Origin: Callorhinchus milii
Taxonomy: Eukaryota
Reading direction: 5' to 3'
DNA: 64,000 nucleotides
Assembly: GCF_018977255.1 (NCBI RefSeq)
Contig: NW_024704742.1
Coordinates: 107,076,001 to 107,140,000 of the forward strand
This document shows, piece by piece, positions 48,230 to 62,350 of this stretch. The notes beneath the pieces were generated by a model, which was not told the DNA's origin, did no database searches, and saw nothing but the letters and a program-made list of their open reading frames with translations. Both the position numbers and the translations under genes were made by a program. The first letter of the stretch is position 1; every line of letters starts with the position of its first letter.

Positions 48230-50316
48230 TTTTGGAAAAATGTCAATCTTTGCTAAATAGATATATTCCCACAAAAGGGAAATGTGCAAGAACCAAGCCT
48301 GCTTGGATGACCAGGGATATTCTGTCTGGGATGAAAAAGAAGAAGATGGAGTACGACAATTGGCGGATGCAAGACACTGAGGATAGCAAAGCGCATTATA
48401 GAGAATGCAGGAGTGATCTTAAAAGAGCAATAAGACAGGCTAAAAGATCGCATGAGAAGAGGTTAGCGGGTAACATAAAGGGGAATCCTAAAATATTTTA
48501 TAAGCACATAAAGGAAAAAAGGTTAGTTAAAGGTAGGGTGGGGCCAATCAAAGACAATGACGGCTATCTTGTTGTGGAGGCAGAGGGCTGATGGACTAAA
48601 CGAGTACTTTGCATCTGTCTTCACAACGGAAACGGATGCCCCAAATGCCACAGTATTGGATGACAGGGTAGAGGACATAGATCAGATTACTATAGACAGA
48701 GAGGAAGTTCTGAAAAGATTGACTGGGCTCAAAATTGATAAGTCACCAGGACCAGATGGGTTTCACCCAAGGTTGCTGTGGGAGATACGGGTTCAAATAG
48801 CGGAGGCTTTGGCCATTATATTTCAATCGTCATTGGACACAGGAGTGGTGCCAAGAGACTGGAGAGTAGCTAATGTTACCCCACTCTACAAAAAGGGGCA
48901 GAAAGACAAGCCCGGAAATTACAGGCCAGTCAGCCTAACTTCGGTAATAGGAAAGCTACTGGAGACCGTAATCCGGGACAAAATAAATCTCTACTTAGAG
49001 GAACACGAGGTAATTAGAGACAGCCAACATGGATTTGTTAAAGGCAAATCTTGCCTAACAAATCTAATAGAATTTTTTGAAGAGGTGACTGCGAGGGTTG
49101 ATGAGGGAAATGCGGTGGACATTATTTACATGGATTTTAAAAAGGCTTTTGACACAGTACCGCATAAGAGGTTAATAAAAAAACTGGAGGCCCACGGTAT
49201 TAAGGGGACAGTAGCCTTTGGATTAGGAACTGGCTGAATGACAGAATGCAGAGGGTGGTGGTTAATGGGTGTTTCTCGCAATGGAAGGAGGTGTGCAGCG
49301 GTGTCCCCCAGGGATCGGTATTGGGACCACTGCTCTTTCTAATATATATTAATGATCTGGACTTGGGCATAGGGAGCACTATTTCCAAGTTTGCAGATGA
49401 TACCAAGTTAGGTAGGGTAGTAAATAGTGAAGAAGATTGTGACGGACTGCAGGCAGACATACACAGAATGGTGGAATGGGCTGACATGTGGCAGATGGAT
49501 TTCAATGTAGATAAGTGCGAGGTGATACACTTAGGTAGGAAAAATGATAGGAGGCAATATAGACTTGGTAGCTCAATCTTAAGGGGGTGAACGTACAGAG
49601 AGATCTGGGCGTTCAAGTAAGCGATTCATTGAAGGTGGCAGAGCAGGTAGATAGGGCAGTAAAAAGGGCATTTGGTGTACTGAGCTTCATTAGTAGGGGC
49701 ATAGAGTATAAGAGTAGGGAGGTTATGCTTAATCTGTACAAAACACTGGTTAGGCCTCAGCTGGAGTACTGCGTCCAGTTCTGGGCACCTTACCTCAGGA
49801 AGGATATTAAGGCACTGGAAAGGGTGCAGAGGAGATTCACGAGAATGATACCAGGAATGGGGAACCTTAGCTATGAGGACAGGCTGGAAAAGTTAGGACA
49901 TTTCCCATTAGAGCAGAGAAGGTTACGCGGGGACCTGATAAAGGTTTTCAAGATCATGAAAGGTTTCGACAGGCTAGATAGGGAAAAGATGTTGTGTGTC
50001 TGTGACTCGTGGTCACAGTCTTAAGATATCTACCAAAAGAAGCAGAGGGGAGGTTAGAAGAATTTTTTTCACTCAGCGAGTTGTTAGAATTTGGAATGAT
50101 CTGCCTGAAAGGGCAGTGAAGTCCGATTCGATAACAGCTTTTAAGAGAGAACTGGATAGGTATCTGGAGAAGACAGGTTTGCAGGGTTTTGGGGAGAAAG
50201 CTGGTGAGTGGGGTTAATAAAAGTCAGTTGCTCTGTCAAAGAGCCGGCACAGACTCGATGGGCTGAATGGCCTCCTTCTGTGCCGTAACATTGTATGATT
50301 CTATGATTCTATGATT
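48230..50316 (+). mobile_element. 5'-truncated CR1 LINE; ORF2 (RT domain) broken by about four frameshifts; intact 3' UTR and (ttctatga)n tail
   Basis: KSPGPDGFHPRLL, NYRPVSLTS, SQHGFVKGKSCLTNL, YMDFKKAFDTVPH, SGVPQGSVLGPLLF, KFADDTKL, LVRPQLEYCVQFW and FFTQRVVRIWN in successive frames. Frame changes near 48590, 49215, 49585 and 49995. Confidence 0.97.
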
Positions 50317-52204
50317 TGCTAAGATTTGTAATACAGGATGTTGATTGCAGAGCGATGGCAAAATGATAAAGTATCGCCGCTTGAATGAAAAGCTCTGCTA
50401 GAGTTTATTTTTCTGTTGCATGTGAGCAGGCAAATTCTTCTGCTCCCCTGATATGATGGTCATATATAAGTCTAAATTTAGAGATTCACAAAAGGATCTC
50501 TGAATACCAAATCCTGCCAGGATTTAGGTGTGTCCAAGCCCAGCCCTCTACAATTCAATTTAGTTTCCAATCTCAGTTCTTGCTTCTGTGAAGCCAGGTT
50601 TTGGCCAAAGGAGGCTGGATAGCTTCCAGCACCAGTTAGGAGTTTGGTGTCAATTGGCATCTGAACAGAGTTTTGGGGAGTTGATTTCAGACAAGCTTCA
50701 CAAATCATTTTTGTACCTCACAAATTAACTTACGTCGTCACTATTTAATGACTCAGATATCTTATTACATAGGAGTTCCACTTTATTTCTCATCAATATG
50801 ATACACAATAATGTGTTTCTCTTCCAACTTCATGTTTTAGACCCTGGTGTTTTTTGATCTTGACATGAAAGAAAATAATTCCATCTATGAGAGATATTTG
50901 ATCTTTAACTACAAAACAATAACTTGCACACCGTTCTATAAACAGTGAGCACAAAGCCCATGCTGCTTCAATCATCCCTCGCTGGTGAAGCCATTTGATT
51001 GACAACTCATCAAAAGAAAGACTTTCCAGAAAATTCTAAGCAGTTGGCTTATAATAAAAATAAAAATTAAAAAAAAATTCTGTAGTGTAATATTCTATGA
51101 AACAAGATCCTTTTCCATAGGGAGAGAGATAGAATGGTAGTAGCAAAGATATTAGTTCACACTCTTTCATCCAGTCTCTTGTGTTCCAGCAGAGCAGCAA
51201 TGTCAGAGACCTAGGATCTGAACCATTCACTGAGCTGAAGGCTCAGTCCTAGACCCATGCTCCTATTTTCACTATTGCATTTTGAGCAGTGTGCATGGCG
51301 CAGGAGTCTGAGAAGAGAGAGAAAAGGAGAAAATAAAAAAAAGTTTAACTTTGTGAGAGGAAATTAGTGTGTAACAGACTGCATGGGATCAACTAAATGA
51401 AACAAATTTAGTTTTGCTTCTGTTTAAATGAGTTAGTTGTTATCCAGTTATGAGAAAGGTTTCTTAAACTCTCAATTTATGCTTTTTCAACAGTTTCAGA
51501 AGATTTCTATATTAGAACTGTGTTATCAGCACATAAAAAGGATCTTGAAATGAAAACATACCTTGGGGAAGTCATTAATGCAGCAAAGGAATAGTAATGG
51601 GCCTAAGACTGGACCCCTGTGGGAACTCTAATTTCAAACTAATTTCAAATACAGTCCTTTGATGTTCACTGTCTATTGTGTAGCTGTCTTATGTGCATCA
51701 TTCTATTGTATAGAATGGTGCATTTTCTCCATGTGTTTCAAGGGCTCTATTTCTGCCTCTCCTAAGGACACTGTTGCAAAAGCATAGAAATAGGTTGTGA
51801 CTCATTATAAGCAGTCTTGGCTTGTGTCTCCTCCACAATATTATCATTTCCCCTCTAGATGTTGAGGAGGGAAACAAATATTTAAATAGTATGCAAATGA
51901 GCTGAAAATATCTGCAAGTTTTCTTAGTGTTGACCACAAGAGGTTTAAATACATAAAATTCCTTTCAACGTCTGGCACCATTCTCCCAATTACATTTTTT
52001 TTGTCACGTGATTAAAAAAAAAGTTTACCTTCTGGACTTTGTCCAGTTATCTTGTTTGATGAAGTCTTCATAAATTCCTAATATATAAACCATAGATACA
52101 TAACCCTCCTCATATCTGTAGAGATTCTCATATCTAATTGAAATCTTCAAGCGTCCCCCACACTCGCACAAACACACACACACAAAAAAAGAGATATCCA
52201 AACA

Positions 52205-52378
52205 GAATCAATGTATTTAAGAGAAAACTTGATGCTTACATGAGGGAGAAAGGAATATAGGGTTATAAGTGAAGGGAATAGGAGAAGTGGGGACTCATAT
52301 GGAGTACTGCATAAACAACGGCATGAACTAACTGACCCGAAAGGCCTATCACTGTGTAAATCTATGTAACTCTATGAA
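52205..52378 (+). mobile_element. CR1 3' end fragment
   Basis: atttaagagaaaacttgatgcttacatgagggagaaaggaatatagggtt...tctatgtaactctatg, like 59115-59300. Confidence 0.75.
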
Positions 52379-54189
52379 TACATGAATGGATCGCAAAAAC
52401 CATGCCCTTCTACTTGATCCTGGTGACAGTTAATGTCAGCTACTGATCATTCTAAACGTGCTTGTACAGCATGTTGAAGGTCTAGGCAGATTGGCACTAC
52501 TCCATTTAAATTCCCTTCACTTTGGTTGTACCAATGTAAATAGTCCTCAAATAGTCCTCCGTCTACTGCTCCGAAATACAGATAGATATATCACAGTGTC
52601 AAAGTACAAACCAACTGTATATTTTCTCTCGGGGTAAAAATTTCAACAATTTGATGCCTAAAATTTCTCATGTTTTAGGTTTGAGATTGTTGCCAGGTTT
52701 TCTTTGCTATTGTAAAAAATGAAATTTCGAATAAGAAACAAGCTGATTGTTTTCCAAAATTCCACAATATCTTAAGTGTTTTTAATATTTTGTGGACTCC
52801 AAGTGCAAATGATTGCCAAATCCCCTGAAATCTTTGTCATTGTGTTTGATTAATTTGATTAATAAAACACCTGAAAAGCCTCTGTGTCCATGAAGCTATC
52901 TCCCCATGGTTAACACACCCTCAAATTATATGCCACTATTGAGTTTATTTTTTTCAATTTTACATTGGCAATTTGCAACATCCTAGAAAGTTGTGCATAA
53001 GAAACAAATTGAAGCAAATGAAATTTACACCTGCAGAAGAAACCTTTTGCGTGCACATGGTTTTGCACAACATACATACTGGACTCTACTTTCCCATCGT
53101 GAAAGGCTGCAGTATTGAATTAGTTGGGATGGCGTAAAATAAGGTTTCCGTTATTGTACTGGCATGTGGCCTGGACTCACATTGTTGAATGATGCACTTG
53201 CCATCGTGCTGGTGGAAAATTAGCTATTGTCCCTGTATTCTATTTGTAATGCAGTAAGGTTAACAGCACAAATTAGAAAGTAATGCCTCATTACTCTGGG
53301 GGAATATGGACCTGTCTATATATATCCAAACTGAAACAACCACTCATCATCCACCTTTCTTTATATGGTACATCCATCTTTGGTCGAACATTTTAAGAGT
53401 AGTGCGTAATCCTAATTGACTAGCATCCAGACTGTGAAGTACTTAAGTGAACCTTCGTCTACATGCAGTAAATTTAAAACAAATCTGTGGCTGATACCCT
53501 GAGTCTGGCCACTTGCCATTACTTGGGAAGCCCAGTCCAGCACCACGTATTTTAGCAGCCAGCAGGATGAAGTGAAAAGAATAAAGCCTTTTTTTAACAA
53601 TGCATTTCTCTGCCATGCCTATTGTTCATGTATCCAGTCTGTAACAGGCTTGTGGATAAAAAGTACATTGACTGTTTTATTTAGATTTCAGAATAGGATA
53701 CTTCAGCAAGTATCAAATATGCAAGGTTCTCATTTCATGTCCAAATTGTACTTGTCAGGTATCAATTCTCTCTGTGCAGCAGAGTATGGTAATGTCAAGA
53801 ATGCTTTAGATCATTTACACTCCACAACCTAACAATTTATTTTTGTGAAATGTGGAATCAAATGCATTAATAATCCACAGCCACAATTTCACTTACACAA
53901 AATAACTGACAGTTTTTAAACAAAATCATTGGCTGCTATTTATTTTTTCTGAAACAAAGTCTTTTAACCTAGTCCCACCCAAAGAGTTCACGGAAGAAAT
54001 CGAGAATGTGTGTGGCCTCCACGCTGCTGACTGAAACTACAATAAATGGATCCATTAGTTCAGGGTCTGTTCAGCAGACTGGAGAGTGAAAAGCACATTT
54101 AAACAAAATATAAGATTTAATTCTGTGCGGTAGATCTCTGATGCTTGGTCATTTAACATGTGAGAAACAATGTGGATTTCACAAGATCA

Positions 54190-54530
54190 CAAGATTAGTT
54201 GCTTTTTAAGTGAGTCCAACGTCCTGGCCTCAAACACACTTCCTGGCAATCTGTTCCAGTCATTAATTACTCTCTGAGTAAAGAAAAACTTCCTAGTATC
54301 CATCCTAAAACTGCCCTTCGTAACTCTAAACCTATGTCCTCTAGTTCTACTGTCCTGGTGCATCCAAGTATTCATCTGGGTTTAATTTTTCAATCCCATT
54401 TAAAATCTTACACACCTCTATGAGGTCCCCTCTGAATTGTCTTCTCTCAAGACTGAAGAACCTTGTCATGTCTAATTGTTGCTTCAAGCTCACTGGGGAT
54501 CATATTTGTTACTCTCCTCTGCACTGCTCT
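54190..54530 (-). mobile_element. CR1 ORF2 C-terminal fragment
   Basis: SRTRGHRFRVTKGSFRMDTRKFFFTQRVINDWNRLP. Confidence 0.85.
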
Positions 54531-55311
54531 ATTTTAGATTTAAGATTATTATCTTCTGAGTCTTTAGGGCACAATTCTTTTATTAAAAAATTGCAATAGT
54601 TTATGGTTGTAATTTTATTGGTTGTCGGCGATAACCTTTGTACATTAGCATCTCTGTTGCTGATACGCCAAATGACCTTCTTTTGCACTGAAAAATTCTA
54701 TGATTATTTTATTCTATGACAGACACAATGTTGGCAGGACAGCTGCTTTCAAATAAGTCACAAATATCCTTGCAAAGTTGCATGGGGGGGATATGAAGAA
54801 GAGATTATATATAGGGCTCAAAGGGAGAGATGTCTTTGAATGGTTCCCTCCTCCAGCACAAAGTAAAGCACTTTTTATTTAGGGTTAGAACTCAATTAAC
54901 TTTCTTGGCAACTTGATGAATAAATTGATGCACCCCAGGCAACGCACAACATTTTTACATTGCAGCAGTTTGATGTGACCTTTGTCCTTAAACTCTTAAT
55001 TTCTGATGAAAGTCATTCTTTTTTGAGATGAATCCCCAGGCAGTCACAATTTGATTAATAGTAATTAAAGGGAAGATCCAGTGACTCTGTGAATAGGGAG
55101 GGTATTGTCGACTTATTAGTAAGTGTAGTGACTATGACACTGTGGGCTAAAATGTGATATTCATAAACTGGTTTTGAGTCGCTTATTTCAATTTTCACTT
55201 TACAAATATCAAATTTCCTGGGCTTGCCTTTTTTTTGACTGTGCCAGCTTTGGATTTCCAACTGGCTGTTTGATGAATCTCACGGTCCGATATGTGTGAA
55301 GTTATAATGCA

Positions 55312-55635
55312 TTAATAATTCTTACATTTGTTATAGTTCCTTTCGTGTTGGGAGGATATTTCAAAGCACTTCATAGGATTTACTGTAAAATGTAGTGACT
55401 GTGTATTTTGCAGGCAAAATAGAAGTTGGAATAGTATTTGTTGGATGAATTCAGTGTAGAGTAACCCAGCAAAAATGTCCATAAAAATATGGACCTCAGT
55501 TTAATGTCTTATTGAAAGGATGGCACCTTCAGTAACACTCCCTCAGGATGGACTGGGCTGTCAGCCTAGACAGTGAACTCAAGTCACAATGTCACGCGTG
55601 AACCTACAACCTTCTGACTCAGAGACAAGAATGCT
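55312..55635 (-). mobile_element. Deu-domain SINE (degenerate)
   Basis: Tail at 55312; ggacctcagtttaatgtcttattgaaaggatggcacc; head acaaccttctgactcagag...tgctactaactgaacc. Confidence 0.75.
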
Positions 55636-56371
55636 ACTAACTGAACCATGCTGACGGAGTGAAGGGCTTGTAGACAAGCCAAAAATAATTTGGCTTCATG
55701 GTAGGATTTTTGTATAAATTGTAACCAAATTGTATACGACTGGATTCGATCTATGGTCCCTCAGGTTTGGTTCTGCCAAAATGCACGTTCAGTAATTAAT
55801 TACTGTTCAGATCCACCATTCATTTCAGCCAAGAAAAACAACCACAATTCATGAGGACTATCAAATAATGTTTTCAGACAGCATATTATAGAGAGTTGAG
55901 AGGACAAGTGTGCAGTTTTTAGTATCAAGCACTTTCCAGAGGATTTCCATTGCACTACCTGAGGATATTTTGCTGAGCAAAAATATTTGGAAGAGGAAAA
56001 CACATGGAGAATAGTGTGTATCTGGGAGCAATTACTTCACAGTAATTGAGGGTTTCAAGTGACACAATAATTCAGGTCTCAGAAGAGTAAAATTGAAGTG
56101 CATTTTTCCATAAGCACAACCCAGGAATTACATTTGGGAATCGTCCAATGTTTATGGCTAAGTGCCATAGCACAGGCCTATGCATCACCGAGTATTGGAG
56201 GTGAAGAGTGGGAAAGATCCAGTGGTTTATAATTGTCGTCAGCTCTCAGGACTTCAATTGCACTTCACTTACACTCTTCTGAGCCCTGGATTATTGTGTC
56301 ATTTACTGTCTTCAAATAACTGGCCTGATATCCATTGGTTTTGAAGTTTTATATTGGTTACATTTTATATT

Positions 56372-56741
56372 GTGGAGCTCCATAGCATAGTGGTTATCGT
56401 GCTTGCTTTGCAAGCCAGAGGACCTGGGTTTGATTCCCGGGCGGGCCGACACCTTTGGCAAGTTTCCTCACTCCATACACTTCTGTTTGCCTAGCTGTAA
56501 GTAGAACGTGGTTGTTAGTCGATTGGCAGATCTCCTTCCGGAGGTAATAATCCCTCTAAAAAAAATAGGAAGAATTTGGTTACTCAATCAATAACTGTTT
56601 GTGGGATATGTACAATTGGCTGTCATGTTTCACCCACAAAATACACAGTCAATTCACTTTACAATATATTCTATGAAGCACTTTGAGATGTCTCAACGAC
56701 GTGATAAGGCGCTATATCAAATGTTAGGATTATTATTATTA
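56372..56741 (+). mobile_element. Full-length tRNA-derived SINE (long variant)
   Basis: gtggagctccatagcatagtggtta...gctttgcaagc...gggtttgattcccggg head; aligns end to end with 39771-40138; possible TSD ttatatt. Confidence 0.9.
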
Positions 56742-57340
56742 TATTCAGTTTTGGGTCTAATGTTATGTCAGCAACAACATCTAAAAATACAAGTTATTTC
56801 TTGTTACTCTCAGTATTAGATAATCTTAGACTTTTGTGGATTCCATATCAGTAAGATAGAAACAGAATCTGTGTGGATAGAGATAAAATATAAGAAGGGA
56901 TCAATCACACAAATAGGGGTACTCTACAGACCTCCTAATAGTGGAACAGAGGTAGAGGAAGAAATATGCAAGCCAATTAGGGCAATGAGTAAAAGACATA
57001 GAGTAATAATCATGGGGGGATTTCAACTACCTCCAAATAAACTGGCTAGAAGAAGTAGGTAAAGGGTTTAAGGGAATAGAGTTATTTCAAAGTCTACAGG
57101 ACTCCTTTCTTAACTGGTATGTAAGAGGCCCAACAAGGGAGGAATCACTGCTGGATTTAGTAATGGGAAATGAATCAGAGCAGATAAGAGAAGTAAGTAG
57201 GGGAACATCTAGGTAATGGCGATCATAAGTTAATAAGGTTTAAAATAAAGATTGAGAAGGACATGATTATGACAAAGACCAGGTGATAGATTGGAAAAAA
57301 ACTGATTTTGAGGGGATGAGAATGGAACTTGGGAAAATCA

Positions 57341-57458
57341 TAATAATAATAATAATAATAATCCTTGCATTTGATATATAGCTTTTAACGTCTTCTAGAC
57401 GTCTCAAAGCGCTTCACAGAATATGCTGTAAAGTGAATTGACTGTATATTTGTGGGCA
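57341..57458 (-). mobile_element. SINE 3' fragment nested in CR1
   Basis: (taa)7 then tccttgcatttgata...gacgtctcaaagcgcttcacag...tttgtgggc, interrupting CR1 sequence that resumes afterwards. Confidence 0.88.
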
Positions 57459-58520
57459 AAAATAACTGGAAAACAATATTGGCAAACAATGAAATAGAGC
57501 AGCAAACATTTAAAACGGTGATCAATAGAGTCCAGGAGAAATATATTCCACTAAAAAACAAGATAAAGAATAATAAGACACTGTGGATGAATAAAGACAT
57601 GCAGGCAAAGTTGAGGCTGAGGAAAGAGGCATTCACTAAGTACATAAACAAACAACATGACAATAAAGAATACAAAGAGATTAGGAAAGAAGTCCAAAAG
57701 AAATTTGAAGGCAAAGAGGCACTATAAAATTAAATTATCAAGCAATATAATAAGAAATAGTAAAATATTCTACAGACATATAATTAACAAAAGAAAATAT
57801 CAAAATAGGATTAGGGCCACTAAGGGATGGACAAGATAAGCTCACAGACAGCGAAATGGCAGAAATATTGAGTAATTACTTTGCCTCAGAATTTACCAGG
57901 GAGATGGATCAGGTGGACATGACAGTAGAAGAAAAGATCAACAATGATGTAAATACATTTAAGATAAAAGGGGGGACATAATCTATAAATTAACCAAAGT
58001 CAGGGAAGGTAAAACCCCTGGCACAGATGGATTGCATCCATGTGTATTAAAAGAATCTAGGGAAGAGATAGCAGAGGCACTATAACATATATGTAATAAT
58101 TCATTAGAAAAGGGAGTAGTGCCAGAGGACTGGAGGATAGCTAATGTTATACCTGTATTTAAAAAGGAAGATAGAACTAGCCCAGGGAACTGTAGACCTG
58201 TCAGCTTAACATTGATGGTAGGAAAGATAATGGAATCCTTACTGAAGGAGGTAATAGAAAAACATCTAGAAACGGAAAACATATTAAAGAATAATCAGTT
58301 CGGATTTCAAAAAGTAAGGTCATGCTTGACCAACCTCATTGAATTCTTTGAAGAGGTAACAGAAAGAGTAGACAAGGGTAATGCAGTAATATATTTGGAT
58401 TTCCAAAAGGCCTTCAATAGGGTATCACATAATAGACTAATGAATAAGGTCAGAACATGTGGAGTCAGGGGAAAAGTAGCAGAATAAATAGCAAGCTGGC
58501 TGCAAGGCAGAAAACAGAGA

Positions 58521-58665
58521 GAACATAAGAACATAAGAATTAGGAGCAGGAGTAGGCCATTCGGCGCCTCTAGCCTGCCCCACCATTCAATAAGATCATG
58601 GCTGATCTATTCTAACTCCACTTACCCGCCTTATCCCCATATCCCTTAATCCCTTTATCCACAAA
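58521..58665 (-). mobile_element. CR1/HER-type 3' end nested in the CR1 RT region
   Basis: gaacataagaacataagaattaggagcaggagtaggccattcgg...gatcatggctgatc splits the host ggcagaaaacagaga / gtgtaagggtaaag. Confidence 0.88.
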
Positions 58666-61304
58666 GTGTAAGGGTAAAGCTACTGAGACTGGCAAAGGGT
58701 AGGAAGTGGTTTTCCACAAGATCGTTATTGGGACCACTGTTCTTCACAATTTACATTAATGATTTGGACTCGGGGATTGAAAGTACAATTTCAAAATTTG
58801 CAGATTACACCAAATCGATGAGAATAGTTAATACTGAGAAGGACTTCCAACAAATTACAAGACATTAATAAACTTTCTGAATGGGCGTTTAATTGGCAAA
58901 TTAATTTTCTCTTGAAAAGAGAAGGGTGAGGGGTGACCTGATAGAGGTCTTATTAATTATGAAAGGTTTTGATAGGGTAGCCAAAACCAGGAGCCATAAA
59001 TATAAAATAGTCACCAATAACTCAAATAGGGAAGTCAGAAGAAACTTCTTTACCCAGAGAGTGGTGGGAATGTGGAACTTATTACCACAAGGAATAGTTG
59101 AGGCGAATAGCATAAATGCATTTAAGGGGAAGCTAGATAAGTACATGAGGGAGAAAGGAATAGAAGGTTATGCTGATAGGCTTAGTTGAGGAAGGGCAGG
59201 AGAAGTCTCATGTGGAGCATAAACGTTGACCTAGATCAGTTGGGCGAATGGCCTATTTCTGTGCTGTATACTCTATATAATTGTATATAATTCTATGTAA
59301 TATCAGAGATGTGAGAATTCTAATAAATGATAATATAATAATCCTTGCATTTGATATAGCGCTTTTCATGTCTTCGAGAATGGGCTGAATTCTCTCACCC
59401 CATTGAATATTTCCTTGCAGAATAAGGTGAGGGAAGTCAATTTTATGGATTGGATCACTTTTTTATGTTGTCACCCAGTGCCAGCATCAAGCGTTCCCAG
59501 GTCAAGCACATAGCAACCATATTCGGAGTAGAAATTCACTTTACTCTGTCACCAACACACAAGACCCTTAGATTCAGTAGAGGTACTTCAAACAAAGACA
59601 AATCAACAACTGGGTTAGTTTATCCAGAAGGGTACCTGAGGCCAAGACACTGGTTTTGAGACTAAGTGGTTTTGATAGGAAACTGAATGTGACTCTGGTG
59701 AATGTATGACTTACGTGATTCATAATGATAAGACTTATGCAAGTTTTGCTGTAGTTGGTGTTCTGGAGATCAAAAGGACCTTTTTCACACTAACCTCACT
59801 TGTGATCTGGTGAGGAAACTTGCACATTATTAATTTGAACTGAACTTGAATTCATGTCCCAAAGGAGGAAGCCCAACATGATAGCTCATTTCAGCTCTTA
59901 GTTTTTTGTCCTACCTGATGCTGAATGATTAAAAATTGTGGGATTTATACTGCAAGGTTATAGTGAAACAATTTCCAGTAGAATGTAGAGAAAATGATTG
60001 TCTAATATACATTGCATGTAAATAAATCTATGCCAATAATAGTACAATTGGTTATAGTAAGTGCTGGAGTTGTTTACATCCCAGAGAATGGCAAGGGAAA
60101 AGAAAAGAGCAGTCTCCAGAGTTAGCAATGCAGCTGACAAACTATTTTCAAGTAAAATTTGTGTTTGAGTTGGTTAGTGAGCCAGTGCTGTGGTACTGCT
60201 CTGGTTTTCTAGCCCACTTGTCATAGTAATTAATTGCAATGCCCTGTTCCAGTGAAATAAATATAATCTATTAACCTTCAGTGGTCTGCTTGTAACAGAG
60301 CCTGAAGCTGTTAATGGTAATTACAAGTCTTTGCTCACCTTGGAGAACACTCATCACACTCTTTGATTGAGAAGGTAGGGAGATGAGCTCTGTTCACAGC
60401 TCCACCAGCACTGCTTGTTCTGGCTTTGGCCAGCAAGAGATGAGACCAAGATGAAATCTAACGGATTCACTGTTTAATTTTCCCCTCCCTCCTTGAAAGC
60501 ATATCACTCCACTCAACACGATCGTGTAGCTGAGAAAAAAATGCAATGTGTGGTGAGCTAATGTCCAGCTAGGATTGCTGCACATGGATGTTCTGATGAC
60601 CACAGAAAATCTTGAAATATTATGGTGAGAGCTTTCGCAGTAGTACTTGGCAGATATTTAACCATCAAAATATTTCAGAAAAAACAATGTAGAAATAAAA
60701 TTTCACTGCAGAAGTGAGGTGTTCATTACAGGAACTAGTCAGCCATATTGGTGGCTATTGTTTTTATTTGACTTCTATTATTTTTGCAATTTGTCCTTAT
60801 TACATTGTATTTGGAGATCTTATTCAGCTTTGAGTCCATGTTTGTGTGAGGTGCAGCTGTTCGGATCACTGCTATACACTCCATATCAGAGATATGTATA
60901 AATGAAAAGTGTTATTTATTTTAGGCTGATGACACTGCGATGCTTTATTTTTCCAATCAGTTAACAAAGATCGCCAGTTTGTTGACTTTGAACTTATAAA
61001 ATTTCCAGATAAGTCTTTTTGAAAAGGGACATTGAAGCCTTAAATTAAAATGTCATGTAGGGTCACTAAATTCAATAATACATGCCTCCACTAACTAATA
61101 TCTTTCTTCAGAAGATCTGGTGCTGCAAGATGAGAGAATGAGTTTCTCAGCTGTGTTTTTTTTACTTGCGTTTACATTTTGGGTTCTTTTTCATCTGCTT
61201 GTGAGTCGAATGTTAATCCATTTAGAATGAATGTCTATGAGCTATGTGAGCTATGTGCAAAGGAAGAGTAAAAGTGAATTGGAGGCACTGTTCATGAGAT
61301 CACA

Positions 61305-61530
61305 TGAGAGGTTCAGATTAAGACAGCCGTTTGGCCTGTTTGCTCTCATCCTTCCAGAATACTCACTGTCTTCCTGCTTTAACATCAATTTGTTTACTAA
61401 ATGAGTCCTGTTTCCTGACATCTGTCACGCTAACCAGTAACCCTTTCCAGTTGCTGAGTATACACTGTATAAAGAAATATTTCCTAAAGTCTGTCCTAAA
61501 ATTGCTCTTCATAACTTGTGGCTGCTGGTT
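61305..61530 (-). mobile_element. CR1 3' fragment
   Basis: KSNFRTDFRKYFFIQCILSNWKGL (degenerate CR1 ORF2 end) plus 3' UTR. Confidence 0.65.
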
Positions 61531-62350
61531 CTGCTTCCTTAGCATTTCTGAAAGTGTCAGAACAAGCAGACCTCCGTGTAACCTCTGGACTTCTGTGTAA
61601 CATTATGTCTGTGATTTAGGAAATGAAAGGAAATATTTTCATAGACAAGTTGGATACGTGATGTCTTTTGTATGGCGATTTCAAACCAGATTAGATGATT
61701 TAATTGCAATTTCCGATTTGCAATATACAATTTTTAATCTTAAAAAAACTTTAAAAAAACAAAGTGCTGATTTTTTGTTACCAAGGCCAAATCAAGCCTT
61801 GTCCTTTGCTTTTCATTCCTTTGTCAGACTTTGAAACCAAACTGCTTGCTACATCCAATTAGCATGTGCATTTATCAAGCTAATGCTGGGTACGCATTGT
61901 CAGAGTCACCACACATTTAAACACTTGAGGACATTTAACTCAAATGTCAAAAGTGAAAAAAGGGTTAAATTTTCCTACGCTGACATACTTCCTCAAGAAA
62001 AAAATAAGATAAATGAAAGAAATGCACCATTAATTAAAACAAGTCAACTGAGTTACAAATGTTATTTCATTCTTCTGCTGTGAAAAAATGTTGTGGTTAT
62101 ATCGGTCATGTCTGCAGTGGTTACTGCAAGTAGGTCTGCTTGAGTTATGAATGGCAGTCAGAATTACTCTCCGATAAGGTCCAAACACCTTGTAATTGCT
62201 TTCTTGACGATGGGAGGCAGGGCTACTGAAGGCACATCCCTCACAATCAATCTGTTATAGGGTGGGGAGGACTGCAAATAGAACCCTTGAAAGAAAAAGT
62301 ATTTAAATTCTAAATGTGGAGAAAACCATCAGCACAGATCTGATGAGCTA

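Larger units (their letters stand above)
56850..59300 (+). mobile_element. Older CR1 LINE: APE endonuclease and RT remnants, two nested insertions, internal deletion, 3' tail
   Basis: WIEIK...IGVLYRPPNS...IIMG (endonuclease); PEDWRIANVIPVFKK...CLTNLIEFFEEVT...YLDFQKAF (RT); RRNFFTQRVVGMWNLLP; tail ttctatgtaa. Confidence 0.95.

Noticed and set aside
48223..50217. Novel RT-based system or multi-gene operon
   Set aside because: The consecutive ORFs are frameshifted pieces of one CR1 ORF2 ending in a standard CR1 tail, with no associated partner gene.
182..62083. Most 60-100 aa ORFs in the supplied track as genes
   Set aside because: They overlap SINE/LINE fragments or low-complexity DNA, often start at TTG/GTG, and show no recognisable domains. 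Recurrent CKDYYYY and IIIIITLAF peptides are translated SINE tails.
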